DNA of 64,000 nucleotides from Eledone cirrhosa (GCA_964016885.1 OZ024758.1:806001-870000); one strand, 5' to 3'. Positions 14,930 to 29,020 are shown, counted from the stretch's first letter. Translations and numbers: made by a program. Notes: generated from the letters alone by a model not told the origin.

Positions 14930-15820
14930 TCTAACACTACCACCACCAACTCTACCACCGCCACCACTACCACCAGCCCCACTACCACCACCACCTCTAC
15001 CACCACTACCACCGCCACCACTACCACCAGCACCACTACCACCAGCACCATTACCACCGCCACCGCTACGACCAGCACCTCTACCATAACCTCTACCACC
15101 ACCACCACTACCACCGCCACCACTACCACCAGCACCACCACCACCTCTACCACCACCACCACTACCACCAGCACCATTACCACCGCCACCGCTACGACCA
15201 GCACTTCTACCACCATCACCTCTACCACCACCACCTCTACCACCATCACCTCTACCACCACCACCTCTACCACCAGCACCACTATCACCAGCACCACTAT
15301 CACCAGCACCACTACCACCAGCACCACTACCACCAGCACCACCACCACCTCTACCACCACCACCACTACCACCAGCACCATTACCACCGCCACCGCTACG
15401 ACCAGCACTTCTACCACCATCACCTCTACCACCACCACCTCTACCACCATCACCTCTACCACCACCACCTCTACCACCAGCACCACTATCACCAGCACCA
15501 CTATCACCAGCACCACTACCACCAGCACCACTACCACCAGCACCACCACCACCTCTACCACCACCACCTCTACCACCACCACCACTACCACCGCCACCAC
15601 TACCACCAGCACCACCACACCGACAACCAGCACCACCACCAGCAACACTAGCATCATCACCTCCTTCTCCTCCACCACCACCAACATCGACACACCACCA
15701 CCAGCATCATCGTCACCTCCTCCTTCCACCACCAACACCAGCACTATCATCACCTCCTCCACCACCAGTACCCCAACAACCAGCACCACCAGCACCACCA
15801 GCACCACTACTACTAACACA
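14930..15820. repeat. (ACC)n-based array with higher-order duplications
   Basis: ACC/AGC/ACT/TCT/ATC triplets; the marker CATTACCACCGCCACCGCTACG recurs at 15049, 15175 and 15379. Confidence 0.9.
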
Positions 15821-15988
15821 TCAATGCTATTAAAGAGTTACAACGACAGCAACACCAACAACAACGACAACAATAACAACAGCGGTAATAGCAATGAAAC
15901 AACGAAACAGTCTGTACTCGATCAATCGACACTCTAAAATTAGACGCCATTTGTTTTTCTTTTAAATCACAACCCAGCTATAATTAAA

Positions 15989-16375
15989 TAAACCATGTCT
16001 ATGTGTACACCATGAAGGGGGGGGGGGGGTGATTACGGCGGGGTCAGCTTTGATAATATATGGACTAAATAAGGGTTCACCTTGGGCTAAACCATGTTTA
16101 TGTGTACACCATGAGGGGGGGGGGGGGATTACGGCGGGGTCATCTTTGTTAATATATGGACTAAATAAGGGTTCACCTTGGGCTAAACCATGTCTATGTG
16201 TACACCATGAGGGGGGGGGGGGGATTACGGCGGGGTCATCTTTGTTAATATATGGACTAAATAAGGGTTCACCTTGGGTTAAACCATGTCTATGTGTACA
16301 CCATGAAGGGATGATTACGATTGGGTTATCTTTGTTAATATATGGACTAGATAAGGGTTGGACTTGGGTTAAACA
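15989..16375. repeat. About 96-bp tandem repeat, 4 copies, with poly-G run
   Basis: TAAACCATGT.TATGTGTACACCATGA(G)nATTACGGCGGGGTCA...GGGTTCACCTTGGG starts at 15989, 16088, 16184 and 16280. Confidence 0.95.
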
Positions 16376-16406
16376 ACGATGACAACAACAGCAAATAGAA
16401 GAAGAA

Positions 16407-16625
16407 TGGTTTCTGATGTAGGCACAAGGCCAGCAAATTTTGGTGGGAGGCGAAAGTCGATTAAATCGACCCAGTGCATTACTGGTACTTTATTTTATCG
16501 GCCTCCGTAAGGATGAAAGGCAAAGCTAACCTCAGCGGGATTTGAACACAGAATGTAAAGGGCCGTAACTTTATGCTACAAATCCTCTTGTCCGACACTC
16601 TACCGATTCTGCCAAACCACCGCCC
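16407..16625 (-). mobile_element. tRNA-derived SINE, family S1 (near full length)
   Basis: Minus strand: GGCGG..TGGCAGAATCGGTAG (A-box-like), GTTCAAATCC (B box), TTTGCCTTTCATCCTTACGG..CGATAAAATAAAGTACCAG, GCTGGCCTTGTGCC...GAAACC; about 15 copies in the window. Confidence 0.88.
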
Positions 16626-16632
16626 TAAATAT

Positions 16633-16838
16633 TGGTTTCTGATTTAGGCACAAGGACAGCAATTTTAGGGGAGGGGAAAGTCGATGAAATAGACTCCAGT
16701 ACGTGACTGGTACTTTATTTTATCGACCCTATAAGGATGAAAGGTAAAGCTAATCTCGGTGGATCTGAATTCAGAACGTAAAGAGCCGTAACTCTATGTC
16801 ACGAAGCATATTGTCCTACCCTCTACCGATATTACCAA
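16633..16838 (-). mobile_element. SINE S1, tandem second copy
   Basis: Same motifs as 16407-16625. Confidence 0.85.
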
Positions 16839-18441
16839 TAATAATAATTGTTTCTACTTTCACTAATGCCACAAACTCTTGCAGCACGAGGACATGGGGA
16901 AGATTCTTCATGGTCACTCGACCAGTAGAAATGTCAGTCACATTCTCTCAAACCTTGCTGGAGTGTATTAAAAGGTAACACAGTGGACCATCTAGATGTC
17001 GATGTACCGAAATATAGAATAGTCGTGGATGGAACGCCTCTAATCCTCCGTTCGTTTAATCAGGATTTACATGGGAGTAAACAACAATAGTTGGAGAGGG
17101 ATGGGCTCCGCCAGGCATGTTAAGCCTGGCGGAGCCCATCCCTCATGCCGTATGTTAATACGCCACCCCTACGACTCTAGCAGGAGTTACGGGACCATAC
17201 ATACAAACAACAACAACAACATATTCTCCGCTAATATTGACATGAATACCTCACCAACAATATTAGATAATTGTTATGAGCAGAGCTCTGACGGCGCTTC
17301 TTGAAAATATCCAACGCTACAGCGACTAATCCGCTATAATTTTCCTTAACACTTGACCAGAACGAACGCCAGGAAGAGAGCAGTCACCGCTGAATTGATC
17401 ATATCAGTGTCATTGTCAATAATATATCACCAGCGATTACAGCAACCACAGCAACGACAGCAGCAGTGGTAGCACCAGTAATAGCGGAAACAGTATGATG
17501 ACTTGCCGTCCTCTATTGTTTGTGTGGAATAGTATATTCTATGGCCTTATTTGTATCATTTTACTGCTGTAATTGATTCTTCCTCTAACTTCCCTCCACC
17601 ACGTTTTCACACCCTACAACTCCTTTCATTTTATTTGCTTAAGATTTATATCAATATATTAATAACTACATATGCATGTCTGCTATTGTAGCTTTCACAA
17701 CTTACTATACAATTTTATATCTATTTTCCTGTCTATATCTATTTTTTTTTTTTGTAATTGTTTCGTTATTACGCGTGTGATGTTTGAATAACACATACAG
17801 AGACAATCACCTCTACAAGCATACACTACTCTCACACGCATACACATACGCACACAGGCTCACGCACACTCAAACAAACACAGAAAAAACTGTGAAAGTA
17901 TATACACACATACAGATATAAACACACATACATACATACACACACACTCACACACGCATGCATATACACACATACACACACAGACACAAACTCAGAAAAT
18001 AGCCTGTGAAGGCACACACACACGCTCACACACATATACACACACATACACACATTCACAAAATCAGAAAAATATCCGTGAAAGTACACACGCACATACA
18101 GAGAAAAACACACGTAGATGCATACACACACTCACAGACGAAAATACATACACACACAGGCACACACACACACACAGAAAAGCCCACGTGAAAGCCCAAA
18201 CACTCAGACACACACATACAAACACATATGTATTTGTGCGAGTGTGTATATGTGCGCATGTAGTTCATATATATTTGTGCGAGTGTATATATATATGTGT
18301 GTGTAGATGTGTATATATATATATGTGCATCATGTGTATATATATATACTTGTGGTACTGTATATATATATATATATATATATATTTATTAAAATATATA
18401 TCGAGCCCTCTTTGGATTTTAGTCTTCAAATTTATTATTAT

Positions 18442-18481
<40 letters not shown>

Positions 18482-18486
18482 ATAAT

Positions 18487-18522
<36 letters not shown>

Positions 18523-18844
18523 ATAATAATAAATTTGCAGACTAAAATCCAAAGAGGGCTCGATAAGGATAAATATATATCAGATATATAAGAACCGTAG
18601 AGCAAATATTTATTAATATATTAAAACTCAGTTTCAGAAGATCCAGTTAAGGGTGAAAGCACCGATTCTTTGCTTACACTTTAATCTGTTGTTTTAATAA
18701 ATATATATATATATATATGTTCTATATGTGACGGTATTTTAACGATAGTTATAGCTCTGATTCATCTGAATTATTGAGCCCTCTGCCGCTCATATCGAAT
18801 TTCGTTTATCGTGAACTCGTGCGCCGATTTTTCGATACTCGATC

Positions 18845-18890
<46 letters not shown>

Positions 18891-19183
18891 GTATATGTGC
18901 ATGTGTATATATGTATTAATGATTTTTCTAGCCCTGTTTTGTAGCTGATCTCAGTCTTTATATTGTATCAACTCCTTGTATTTTTATATTTATCTAATTA
19001 TCTCCTTAGTATTCATCTGTAATAATTACTTTAACAATCAGTTACTCCATCATCTTATATTCTCACTCTCTCTTCTCTTCTATATCTTCTGTATGATTTC
19101 TATATGACTTCTATATGACTTCTATATTGCTCTATTATTGCTTCTATATAACTGTTGAATTATTATCGTTATTATTATTATTA

Positions 19184-19365
19184 GGCGGAGTGAAGTGTCG
19201 GTAAGGCAGCAAATGAAATGCTTTGTGGCATCTAGTTACAGCCCTTTAAGTTCTGAGTTCAAATCGCGCCGAGGATAAATTTGCATTTCATCCTTCTGGG
19301 ATCGATAAAATAGAATACCAGTCAAATACCAGTCAAATGTTGGCATTGTGCCTCAATTAGAAAAT
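19184..19365 (+). mobile_element. SINE S1
   Basis: CTGAGTTCAAATC.CGCCGAGG...TTTCATCCTT..GG.TCGATAAAAT...TACCAG. Confidence 0.8.
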
Positions 19366-20433
19366 AATATTAGACGAGGGAGGGTGATGGACATTTTAAT
19401 GTATTCATTATGTAAGAAGCTGTCTGATGAGATCGTGGCACTGGGTACTACGTGGAATCGCGAGGCCACTGTCGTCATCGATTTATATTTATATCTTAAT
19501 ATTTGATTTGTTAGTATAAACGTATATTGGGTATAAGACTGTTAACATATTAGACATTTAGAGTTTACAATATTAACAAGAAGATGAAAGATAAGACAAA
19601 CTATTGAACTCTTAGACAGTGAAGTAGTACATATTGATTGACGAGAGGAAATCTGGGAAGAAAGGAGGGGAAAAGTACAAAGAAAAAGTGCATAGAATAA
19701 ATTATATAGAATTTTTATTTAAAAAGCTTGTATGTATATGTGCTTTGTAGGTAGGTGTGTTTATGTACGTATGGGTGTGTAAGTAGGTGTGTTTGTTTCT
19801 GTATAGGTGTGTAAGTAGGTGTGTTTGTTTCTGTATAGTTGTGTAAGTAGGTGCGCCGATATCATATTGATAAATACAATCATATTATCATATTTGTTAG
19901 ATACAATGGTCAATGTTAACAATCATCAATATCTCATTCCTTGGATTTGCTATTAACAAGAATGAAAACACGCAAAGAAAACTTCTTGAAAATACTAAAT
20001 CAAACCCGCTCAACCTGTCTACAAAAGTTTGTATTTGCATTATATTACGATACTTTTATTGTAATTTAGAAGCGATTCAGTTTCTTTGTTTTTTGTTTTT
20101 TTTTGCAAAGAACCAACTTTTTTCACACGGCTATCGACCATATATGTTTATAAATTGGAGGCTAATTTCCCTTTTGATAATAACAACACAAACAGCTACA
20201 GCTACAACGAAACAGCAAAAATGTAAAAATGTAAAAATAAAATAATAATGATTTCTAGCTTACTCACAAGACCACACATTTAGCACCTGACAGGTTGATT
20301 ATATTTTAATGATTCCAGGATGTGCAAAGACAAAGTCAACCTCAGCTCAAGTAGAAATTAAGACGTAGAGACTTGTAATGTATTTTGTCCGGCACTGTAT
20401 CAATTCTTTTATCCATATCTACGATAAGAAAAT

Positions 20434-20608
20434 GGGCGATGGATTGGCAGTATGGGTGGAGATATGCTTTGTGGCATATAGTTACATCTCCTTACCTTCT
20501 GAGTTCAAATCCCGCCGACGTTAGATTTACCTTTCATCCGTACTGGAGTCGATTTAATCGATTTCCCCTCCCCTCAAGTTTTTGGTCTTGTGTCTATATC
20601 AGAAACCA
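20434..20608 (+). mobile_element. SINE S1, internally deleted
   Basis: TTGGCAG...CTGAGTTCAAATCCCGCCGA...CTTTCATCC...GTCGATTTAATCGA...TTGTGTC...AGAAACC. Confidence 0.75.
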
Positions 20609-20770
20609 TGTTAAGGATTTCTAATATAGACACAGGACCAAAATTATAATAAAGGCACAAGAATAAAAATAGGCCAGGGCATAAAGTTAATTGTATTTCA
20701 TGGATATTTCACAACCTATTCCCTGTGCGGATGAAAGGAATATACCCGATATTGTATGTGAATATAGAGT

Positions 20771-21014
20771 TTAACTGTGTTGTTACCAATCCAGCCAAAA
20801 CTGGATCTGTTTCTATGAAATAAAGCCCCCTCCCAGTTTGAAGGTTTCTAATTTAAATTAAAATCTTCCAACGTAATTTTGATATAAGAACCTAACATTA
20901 AGTTACTATCTTAATAATGAAATCATTAATAATTTTCGTAAATCCCTTAAAATTATTAATTAATTAATTGACATAGGGTGTATTTCTTTAGAAATGCAGT
21001 CATTACAGGGTTAA
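20771..21014. mobile_element. Possible degraded TTAA-flanked (piggyBac-type) MITE
   Basis: Begins TTAACTGTGTTGTTACC and ends ATTACAGGGTTAA; the terminal inverted repeats are imperfect. Confidence 0.3.
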
Positions 21015-21100
21015 ACCTTCGTAAGGAAACGCCAAGGAGTTTTATTTTACTACAGATAATATGTACATAGGTACAGTACCACAAAATCTAAGAGTTAAGA

Positions 21101-21127
21101 TTAGGGTTAGGTTTAGGGTTAGGGTTA
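21101..21127 (+). repeat. Short interstitial (TTAGGG)-like run
   Basis: TTAGGGTTAGGTTTAGGGTTAGGGTTAG. Confidence 0.8.
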
Positions 21128-22937
21128 GTTTAATGATAATTCTATTTTTTACGAACATCAGAAAAGTTTGAGCGGGTTAATCAGTTAATTAAATTGACAA
21201 CAATATGTGAGTAGTACTTCAATTGACCAACAATGGAAGGATGAAGTTCAATGTTGACCTTGAACATGATCATAGAGGCGGGTGAAATATCGCCAGGTAT
21301 TTTGTCCTACGCTCACAGGACTCTCCCAATTCCCTGATCTACCTGATGTATGTTGCTACCCCCATCTATATTTCTAATTATGCGTATGATAATCCAATGT
21401 TATTTTCTCCTTAGTATTCCATCAGTAAGCTGGGATTTACAACAGATAAGGAAAGGAAAACAGTATAAAGAGAACTTCTAGTTTTATGGAACATGAAATT
21501 CTCGTTAGTATAGGATTGGTTTGTCTGCCCCACTCACGTACCCAGGATTGATGCAACGAGAATTTCTTATTAATTTCTGTATATAATTTGTTCTATCAGA
21601 TAAATTTTACTCGTGATGAACTTATTTACTGTAAACAATCCTTAGGAAAGTTATCTATTTTTGCCAAAAACTATTACGATTAAAATCTTGTAAACATCTT
21701 TCAAGATCCATAAACGATTTTGATTAAACATTTTTTAATGCCAATAATACGGCAACTGCCCATATTTTTACAACATATAACCACATAATTGTCCCTTGCG
21801 GTAATCGTAAAGATCTCTACTTTTGTGCTAATAAAATTCTCTATAATAACAAAGTCCCTGTGAATTATAACGACATGACTGAGAATTGATTTAATTTCGT
21901 TTTTATGAACATATTTAAACAGTTAATGTCCTTATTATTGATACACCTATATGTTTGTTTGTGTTTCATACACATACACAAAGGCGCTCTTATGCCAAAT
22001 ATATTGCTAGATATAATGTGTTTTTATCTCTTCCAAATTAAGCGCCCTCAGCCCTGGTTTTCAAAAAACCCTCTCGTCGATATCTAATAACTCCACATGT
22101 TTACGGGGAAAATAACATGGAACTGCGTTTATTTCTCAATATATATATATATATTGAAATGCTAGTAATGATCATCATCGTCAGTATCATTACCATCTTC
22201 AATATTACCAACATCAGGATCAAAATACTTGTGATGGTGAAATATCTGAAGTTTGTGATAAAGGGGAACAGAGCTATGTAGGGCCAGTTATTATGACCAG
22301 GGATATGTGTCATGACACTTTGATGTCCTCTATCGTAAAGTGAATAAAACACCTCGCAAAGAAACTTTAGCGAGACACTATGGTTAATGCCCTTGTAATT
22401 TATGTCAACCAAACTAGATTAATATTGATAGTAAATGTTATGGATGAAGCATTGAGCTTCTAGCTTCCCTTTAACAAACGTCGGGACATCAACTAATAAC
22501 GGTTTTGTTTGACCTATCTGACCTCCAGCATTTACATAAACATCTCCATAAACGCCAACATAACACATGAAGATGCACTCCCTAACGATGACACACAGTG
22601 ACACATATACAAACACACACACACTGTCACATACATAAACTTAAAAGACACTGTACCATGCGCGCAAACAGACACACACATATACTCATACGACACTGTA
22701 CCATGCACTTAAACACACTCATATACTCACACACACTCACAGGCACACACACAGACAGATGAACTCATACGACACTGTATCATGCACACAAACCCACTGA
22801 CACACTCACACACACACACACAGACACGAACACATGTACTCATTCGTCAGAGTATCATGCATACAAACACACACTCTCTCTCACACATAGATACATATTC
22901 ATGTGTGACAGTACCATGCACACAAACACCCACTCTC

Positions 22938-22980
<43 letters not shown>

Positions 22981-23212
22981 GATATAGACATGTGTGACAC
23001 ACTTATGTAGTCACAGACAGACTGACAGAGGCCAGAAGTTCTACCACCCGTCATTAGCAAAATCACCAGCTCACAATTTATTCGCACAATCATACAAAGG
23101 GCATATATTTTGCTATCCTAGTGTATATTTCTACGCTTCATTGTATGTATGTATATATATGTATATATATATGTTTATGTGTGTATGTGTTATATTTATA
23201 TATGTATGTATA

Positions 23213-23306
<94 letters not shown>

Positions 23307-23902
23307 GAGAGAGTGAGAGAGAGAGAGAGAGCGGTAGAAATAGATAGAAAGGGAGATAAAGAAATACATATAGATTGCACAGACAGGGATATATACATAT
23401 ATACGCATATATATGCATACATACATACACACATATATACATACATACACACATGTATACATACATACATACACAGAGCCCACCAGACAAGCATATAATG
23501 TGCACACGTATCGATTTTTTTACAGTGAACCGAACACCATCTCCGTCCTACAACACTCAATTTTTGTTTCAAATGTTCCTAAACACACATACCCCACTTA
23601 CACACACATACCCCACTCACACACACATACTCCACTTACACACACATACCCCACTCACTGCCACATACCCCACTTACACACACATACCCCACTCACTGCC
23701 ACATACCCCACTCACACACACATACTCCACTCACGCACACACACCATCTACACTCAGAGAAACACATATACACAGACACTGACTGGAACCCCTACGCACA
23801 TACTCTACCTATTTGACCTCAGTCACTCCCATCAACAACCTACTTTTACTCTCTCAACCATGCGTCACACACGATGATACAAGCGGCACTTATGAAGCTT
23901 AC

Positions 23903-23984
23903 AGCTCGGTCGTCTGTCGTTCGGTCGACCGCTCTGCTCTAACTGTGGCACGGTCTTTCTCTGATTACTGCTGCCGTCCGCCAT
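23903..23984 (-). CDS. Candidate first coding exon of an unidentified gene (MADGSSNQRKTVPQLEQSGRPNDRRPS, phase-1 end)
   Basis: Unique, CpG-rich island. The ATG is in the context GCAATGG, the frame stays open for 82 nt, and it is followed by a GTAAGC donor. No homology recognised. Confidence 0.35.
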
Positions 23985-24219
23985 TGCAGAGGGTGTGAAC
24001 AAATTGCCCCATGTCAGATCCTCAGCCAATGTACTCATCCCTTTCCCGCTACAATAACCACTACAACATCATCAACTAGCCGTCCCACCACCAACTCCCT
24101 CTTGCGATGAAATAAGGTAACTAATGTGTCTATGTAATTTCATGCTACAAATGTCAACTGTCTCTAGTCGAGCGTAAATAATTTGCCTTTTCCGACTCTT
24201 TCCACTGTCTCTCCTTACG

Positions 24220-24290
24220 CTTCTTCTTCTTCTTCTTCTTCTTCTTCTTCTTCTTCTTCTTCTTCTTCTTCTTCTTCTTCTTCTTCTTCT
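24220..24290. repeat. (CTT)n microsatellite
   Basis: Direct observation. Confidence 0.95.
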
Positions 24291-24547
24291 CCACCTCCTC
24301 CCATCCTCATCCTCTCCGCCACCATCTCTTACGGCTTCTCCCACTCCTACTCATCTACTACACTTACTCCTCCTACTCATCAATTGTTCCCCCTCCCCTA
24401 ATAATCCTCCCACACCCCTCCACCTCCACATTTTCTTTAGAACTAATTCATCCACATTCACTCTTTTGTACATGTTCTTCATTATTTGCCTCTGGGTTAA
24501 TATTTAACTTTCTTCTTTTTTAACCAATCTCCGAGGTTCAAACGAGA

Positions 24548-24630
24548 ATTGTTTTTGTTGAGCTCCAGTTCAGACTGGATTGAACATACCTTTGATCAAA
24601 GGCATTCCAGCCGTGACCTTCCCATCTTTT
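24548..24630 (+). repeat. Old dispersed repeat, family S3 (related pieces near 5600, 6650, 14780(-), 17020(-) and 25340(-))
   Basis: The motif TTGTT..G..CCAG.TCAG.CTG.ATTGA.CA.ACCT.TGATCAAAG.CATTCCAGCCGTGACC.TCCC recurs in diverged form. Confidence 0.6.
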
Positions 24631-24842
24631 CAAGCATATTTTATCACACAAGCATTTATGAAATATTTTCTTTCATTCATTTAAAAGATAGATGTTATTT
24701 GAGGACCAATTATCACTATTGTGTTCTCGCAAGTCAGGAAGAGCAGAGAGGCTAGGTGAGATGAGGATGAGTGATATGTTACTTGAGAAGTGGTGAGAAG
24801 TGACCCCCTGACTCTACACACACACTCACACACTCACACACT

Positions 24843-24876
<34 letters not shown>

Positions 24877-25998
24877 GAAAGAGCGAGAGGGGGAGAGAGA
24901 GAAAGAAAGACACACGCACAAACATATATATATATGAAATAAATATCAAATATATAGAAATAAATTTGAGCGACTTCTGGCCGTCTGTCCTTCACGCAAT
25001 GTCTGTGGGAATGAATGTGTGTGTAAAAGTAAGGAAGGGGATGGTGAAAAACTATTGCAAAATAGCGGTTGGCGTTCCAAAACATGGCTAAATAAACTCG
25101 TGCGTTTACGAAAAGTGAAGTTCTAAGTTCTGTCGCTGCTCATCAAACAACTATATGACCTGAGCTAGTAAAAGAACCCTTGTAACAGCATGACCCCCCA
25201 AATACAATTTCCCATCACTTTCTACTTTTTTTCTACTACTGCTAATCGTATAGCCATGATTTCGTCTTCAAAGTCACCAAGTCCCTCTCAAGTCATATAT
25301 TGACTTCTGAAACAAAGGATAATTCAATAATAAACACCTGTTAAATTGATTGACTTCGATCATAGGCCTACTGGATCTGAAATTAACTTTTATTTATCAT
25401 CACCGAGAAGAAATCCATTCATCTAAATTTAAACTTGCAATATACTCTCCCCCAAATTCTAAAAATATATCCTAAGACTTATGGAGGGGGAAATATACAA
25501 ACATTTCCGGTTTCAAATAAGATGCCAAAAATTTAAATAAACAGTAAAACAAAGAAAGATAGTGTCGTTCTTATTTTATTTCTTTCGTCCTAGAATCTAA
25601 TACGAATATGAAAGACTTTTACGGAACTTATTCGTAATAACTACTGAGAAAATATTTTTATAGTAAAATAACACAGTAATGAACAGAAAAATTTCTCTAT
25701 TCTTATCAGATAAATATTTTTCTTTCTTATTTAAATAGAACAACCCTACAAATGTTTCGCGAACAATCATACCTGCTGAGTATTTAATTATATACACATA
25801 TGTATGTATAAATCTCCAAGCGATTGTCTATATATCTATATTTGTGTTTCTCTTTGAGTTGGCGTGTAATCCTGTATTTATGTATTAAGTATAAATTCAC
25901 GTAAACTGTCCACATATTTGACTACATAAATACACTCACACACACACATATATATATATATACACATATATATCTATATGGGAAAGTATGTATGTATA

Positions 25999-26056
<58 letters not shown>

Positions 26057-26219
26057 TATATATATATATACACATACATGTCTATTATTTTCATAATACA
26101 ACTGAGGTTTCTTTTCATGAGCCTACTGACACAAATACATATATATTGTACATGTACAAAAACACTGAATTAGCACCTTCTGATATATATATATATATAT
26201 ATATGTATATGTATATATG

Positions 26220-26312
<93 letters not shown>

Positions 26313-27226
26313 ATATATATATATATGTATTTATATATATATATATATATATATACATATATGTGTGTGTATGTGTGTGTGTGTGTGTGTCTGTGTGTGT
26401 CTGTATGTGTATGTAAAGAATCAAACTTATGTAAGAAGCGGAGAAAACTGTTGAATTATTTGAAAGTCTAAAGTAAGTTACTTCAAATTATTCTATTTTT
26501 TCCTATGAAAATATTTAGCCTCACACGCCCCGAGATACGAAAGATGTCGTCTGTATTGCCTTAGAGAATAGAGTTCACCTCTTGTGTGCCGGCAGTCCAC
26601 GTTGCCCTCATAAAATAGCGAGACTGGCCACATACCCGACCTCTACTGGCCAGTGCATGAAAATCAAAATCAAACTTATTTGAGTAATGTTCGGAAATTG
26701 TGAAACAAATAGGGGAGTACACGTGTGTTACTCATAAATAAGCTAAGAGATACATATGTCTTTGTTAGATAGTACTCCAGTTTGACCTTACCTATGTTGG
26801 CTAAGGTAACTAAAGACACATAGAACATATGGAGATTGTAACTCCTACTGCCTAGCCATTTCTCACTAATGGCGACTGAGTTTCAGGGATTTGAAAACAT
26901 AAATCAGGATTAAAGATTAATAAAATTTGAGACAGATTTAATAGATATTTTTCTTCTGTTTATTTACGTATGGACATATAAGTTGCTACATATAGTCTTA
27001 TATAGACACAAGCAAATAAATATATCAATATATTTCCAAATAGATCTGCAGAACGACAACCAGACCTGCATTAATTCATTTGTATATTGTGTTTTGATAT
27101 ATGATACATTTATTTCCACACATATATGCAGACATCCTCAAATGAACATCTCTTTTCTAAATCTTTATATCTCTCTACATTACGTGGTATATATATATAT
27201 GTAAGTGTAAGCATTTACATACATAA

Positions 27227-27275
<49 letters not shown>

Positions 27276-28192
27276 ATATATGATAAATAATATATATATA
27301 TATATATATATATATTGTTATACTTTGGGAGGGTCATGCTAAACAAATTCAGAAACGAAATATATATATATATAGGTATACATATATATATGTGTGTGTA
27401 TATATGAGTGTGTGTGTGTTTATAGGGAGAGAGAAATGTACTTATGTATGTATATATATATTTATGTGATATATATATAAATATAAATATATATATGTGT
27501 GGGTGTGTGAGTGTGTGTTTGTATGTGTATGTGCATGAGAGTATTCGTCAACGGGCGGCTGTATGCTTGTGCACATTTATGCATATATTTTACGTATACA
27601 TAAACCAACACAACTTAAGTAGACACAAACACACAAACACACATACAAACATACACACACACACACATACACACACACACACACACATATATATCTATAT
27701 ACACATACACGCATATATATATATATATATATATACGCGTGTATACATACACAATATAACTAGCCTTTCTACCAATTAGCGCAGGTAGAAACAAAACAGC
27801 GGCGAATAAAACAATAGAAAAAAAGCAGAAGATAATAAATTGTGTATATATTGCGATGGCGATGGGAGACATTGAGTGTATCGAGTCAATCAATATGGCT
27901 TGATAGAAAACGTCAACAAATATATTGAGAACATAGAAAAGAGGAGAGTGAACAACAAACATAGAAATAGCAGCATCAAGAAACAAAGGATGAGAGGAGA
28001 AAGGAAATGAAGAGATTTACCAGAGAAGAGATAAAAACAAAATGTCGAAAACGATAAAAAGAAAAGAAAAAGAGATGGTTAATAATAAAAAAAGAAAAAG
28101 AGATGAAAAATAAGTAAATGAAGGAATAAATAAATAAAGGATAGGAAAAAATAATCAATCAGAAATAAGAATAAAAGTCCAAGTAGGTCCTC

Positions 28193-28290
<98 letters not shown>

Positions 28291-28807
28291 GATATATGTA
28301 TATATATATATGTATGTATATGTATATATATATATATATATATATACAATATAAACATATATACAATACATACACATATATGCGATATATACACATACAT
28401 ACAATATATACATATATATAAAATATATACGCTATAAACATATATACGATATATACACATATATACAATACATAAGCCGAGATAAAGATCAATTTAGTTT
28501 TGGGCGCATATGAAAGAAAATAAGAATGGAACTCGCTAAATGAAGAAGAAAAAAAATGGCCGGAGATGTAAAAGATTTCAAAAAGAAAATGGAAGACTAT
28601 AAAAGGTCAGTGAGAAGGAGAGGGAAGGACTACGTAGTCTATTGATTACCTTTGATTTCAGAGTATCAATAACTTGTATTTATTGTGTTTCTTTCCTCGA
28701 TAATAGTAGGTTTTATACCTGCCTGTATACGAATGCATAGATGCGCAATACAAGTCGATATAAATATATACATACTTATATATATATATATATAATATTG
28801 GTGTGTG

Positions 28808-28865
<58 letters not shown>

Positions 28866-28899
28866 AATATATATATATATTATATCTATATAGATATAT

Positions 28900-28935
<36 letters not shown>

Positions 28936-28946
28936 CGTGTGGGGGG

Positions 28947-29020
<74 letters not shown>

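Noticed and set aside
21101-21127. Telomere or chromosome-fusion signature
   Set aside because: Only about 4 imperfect units; more likely part of a dispersed repeat
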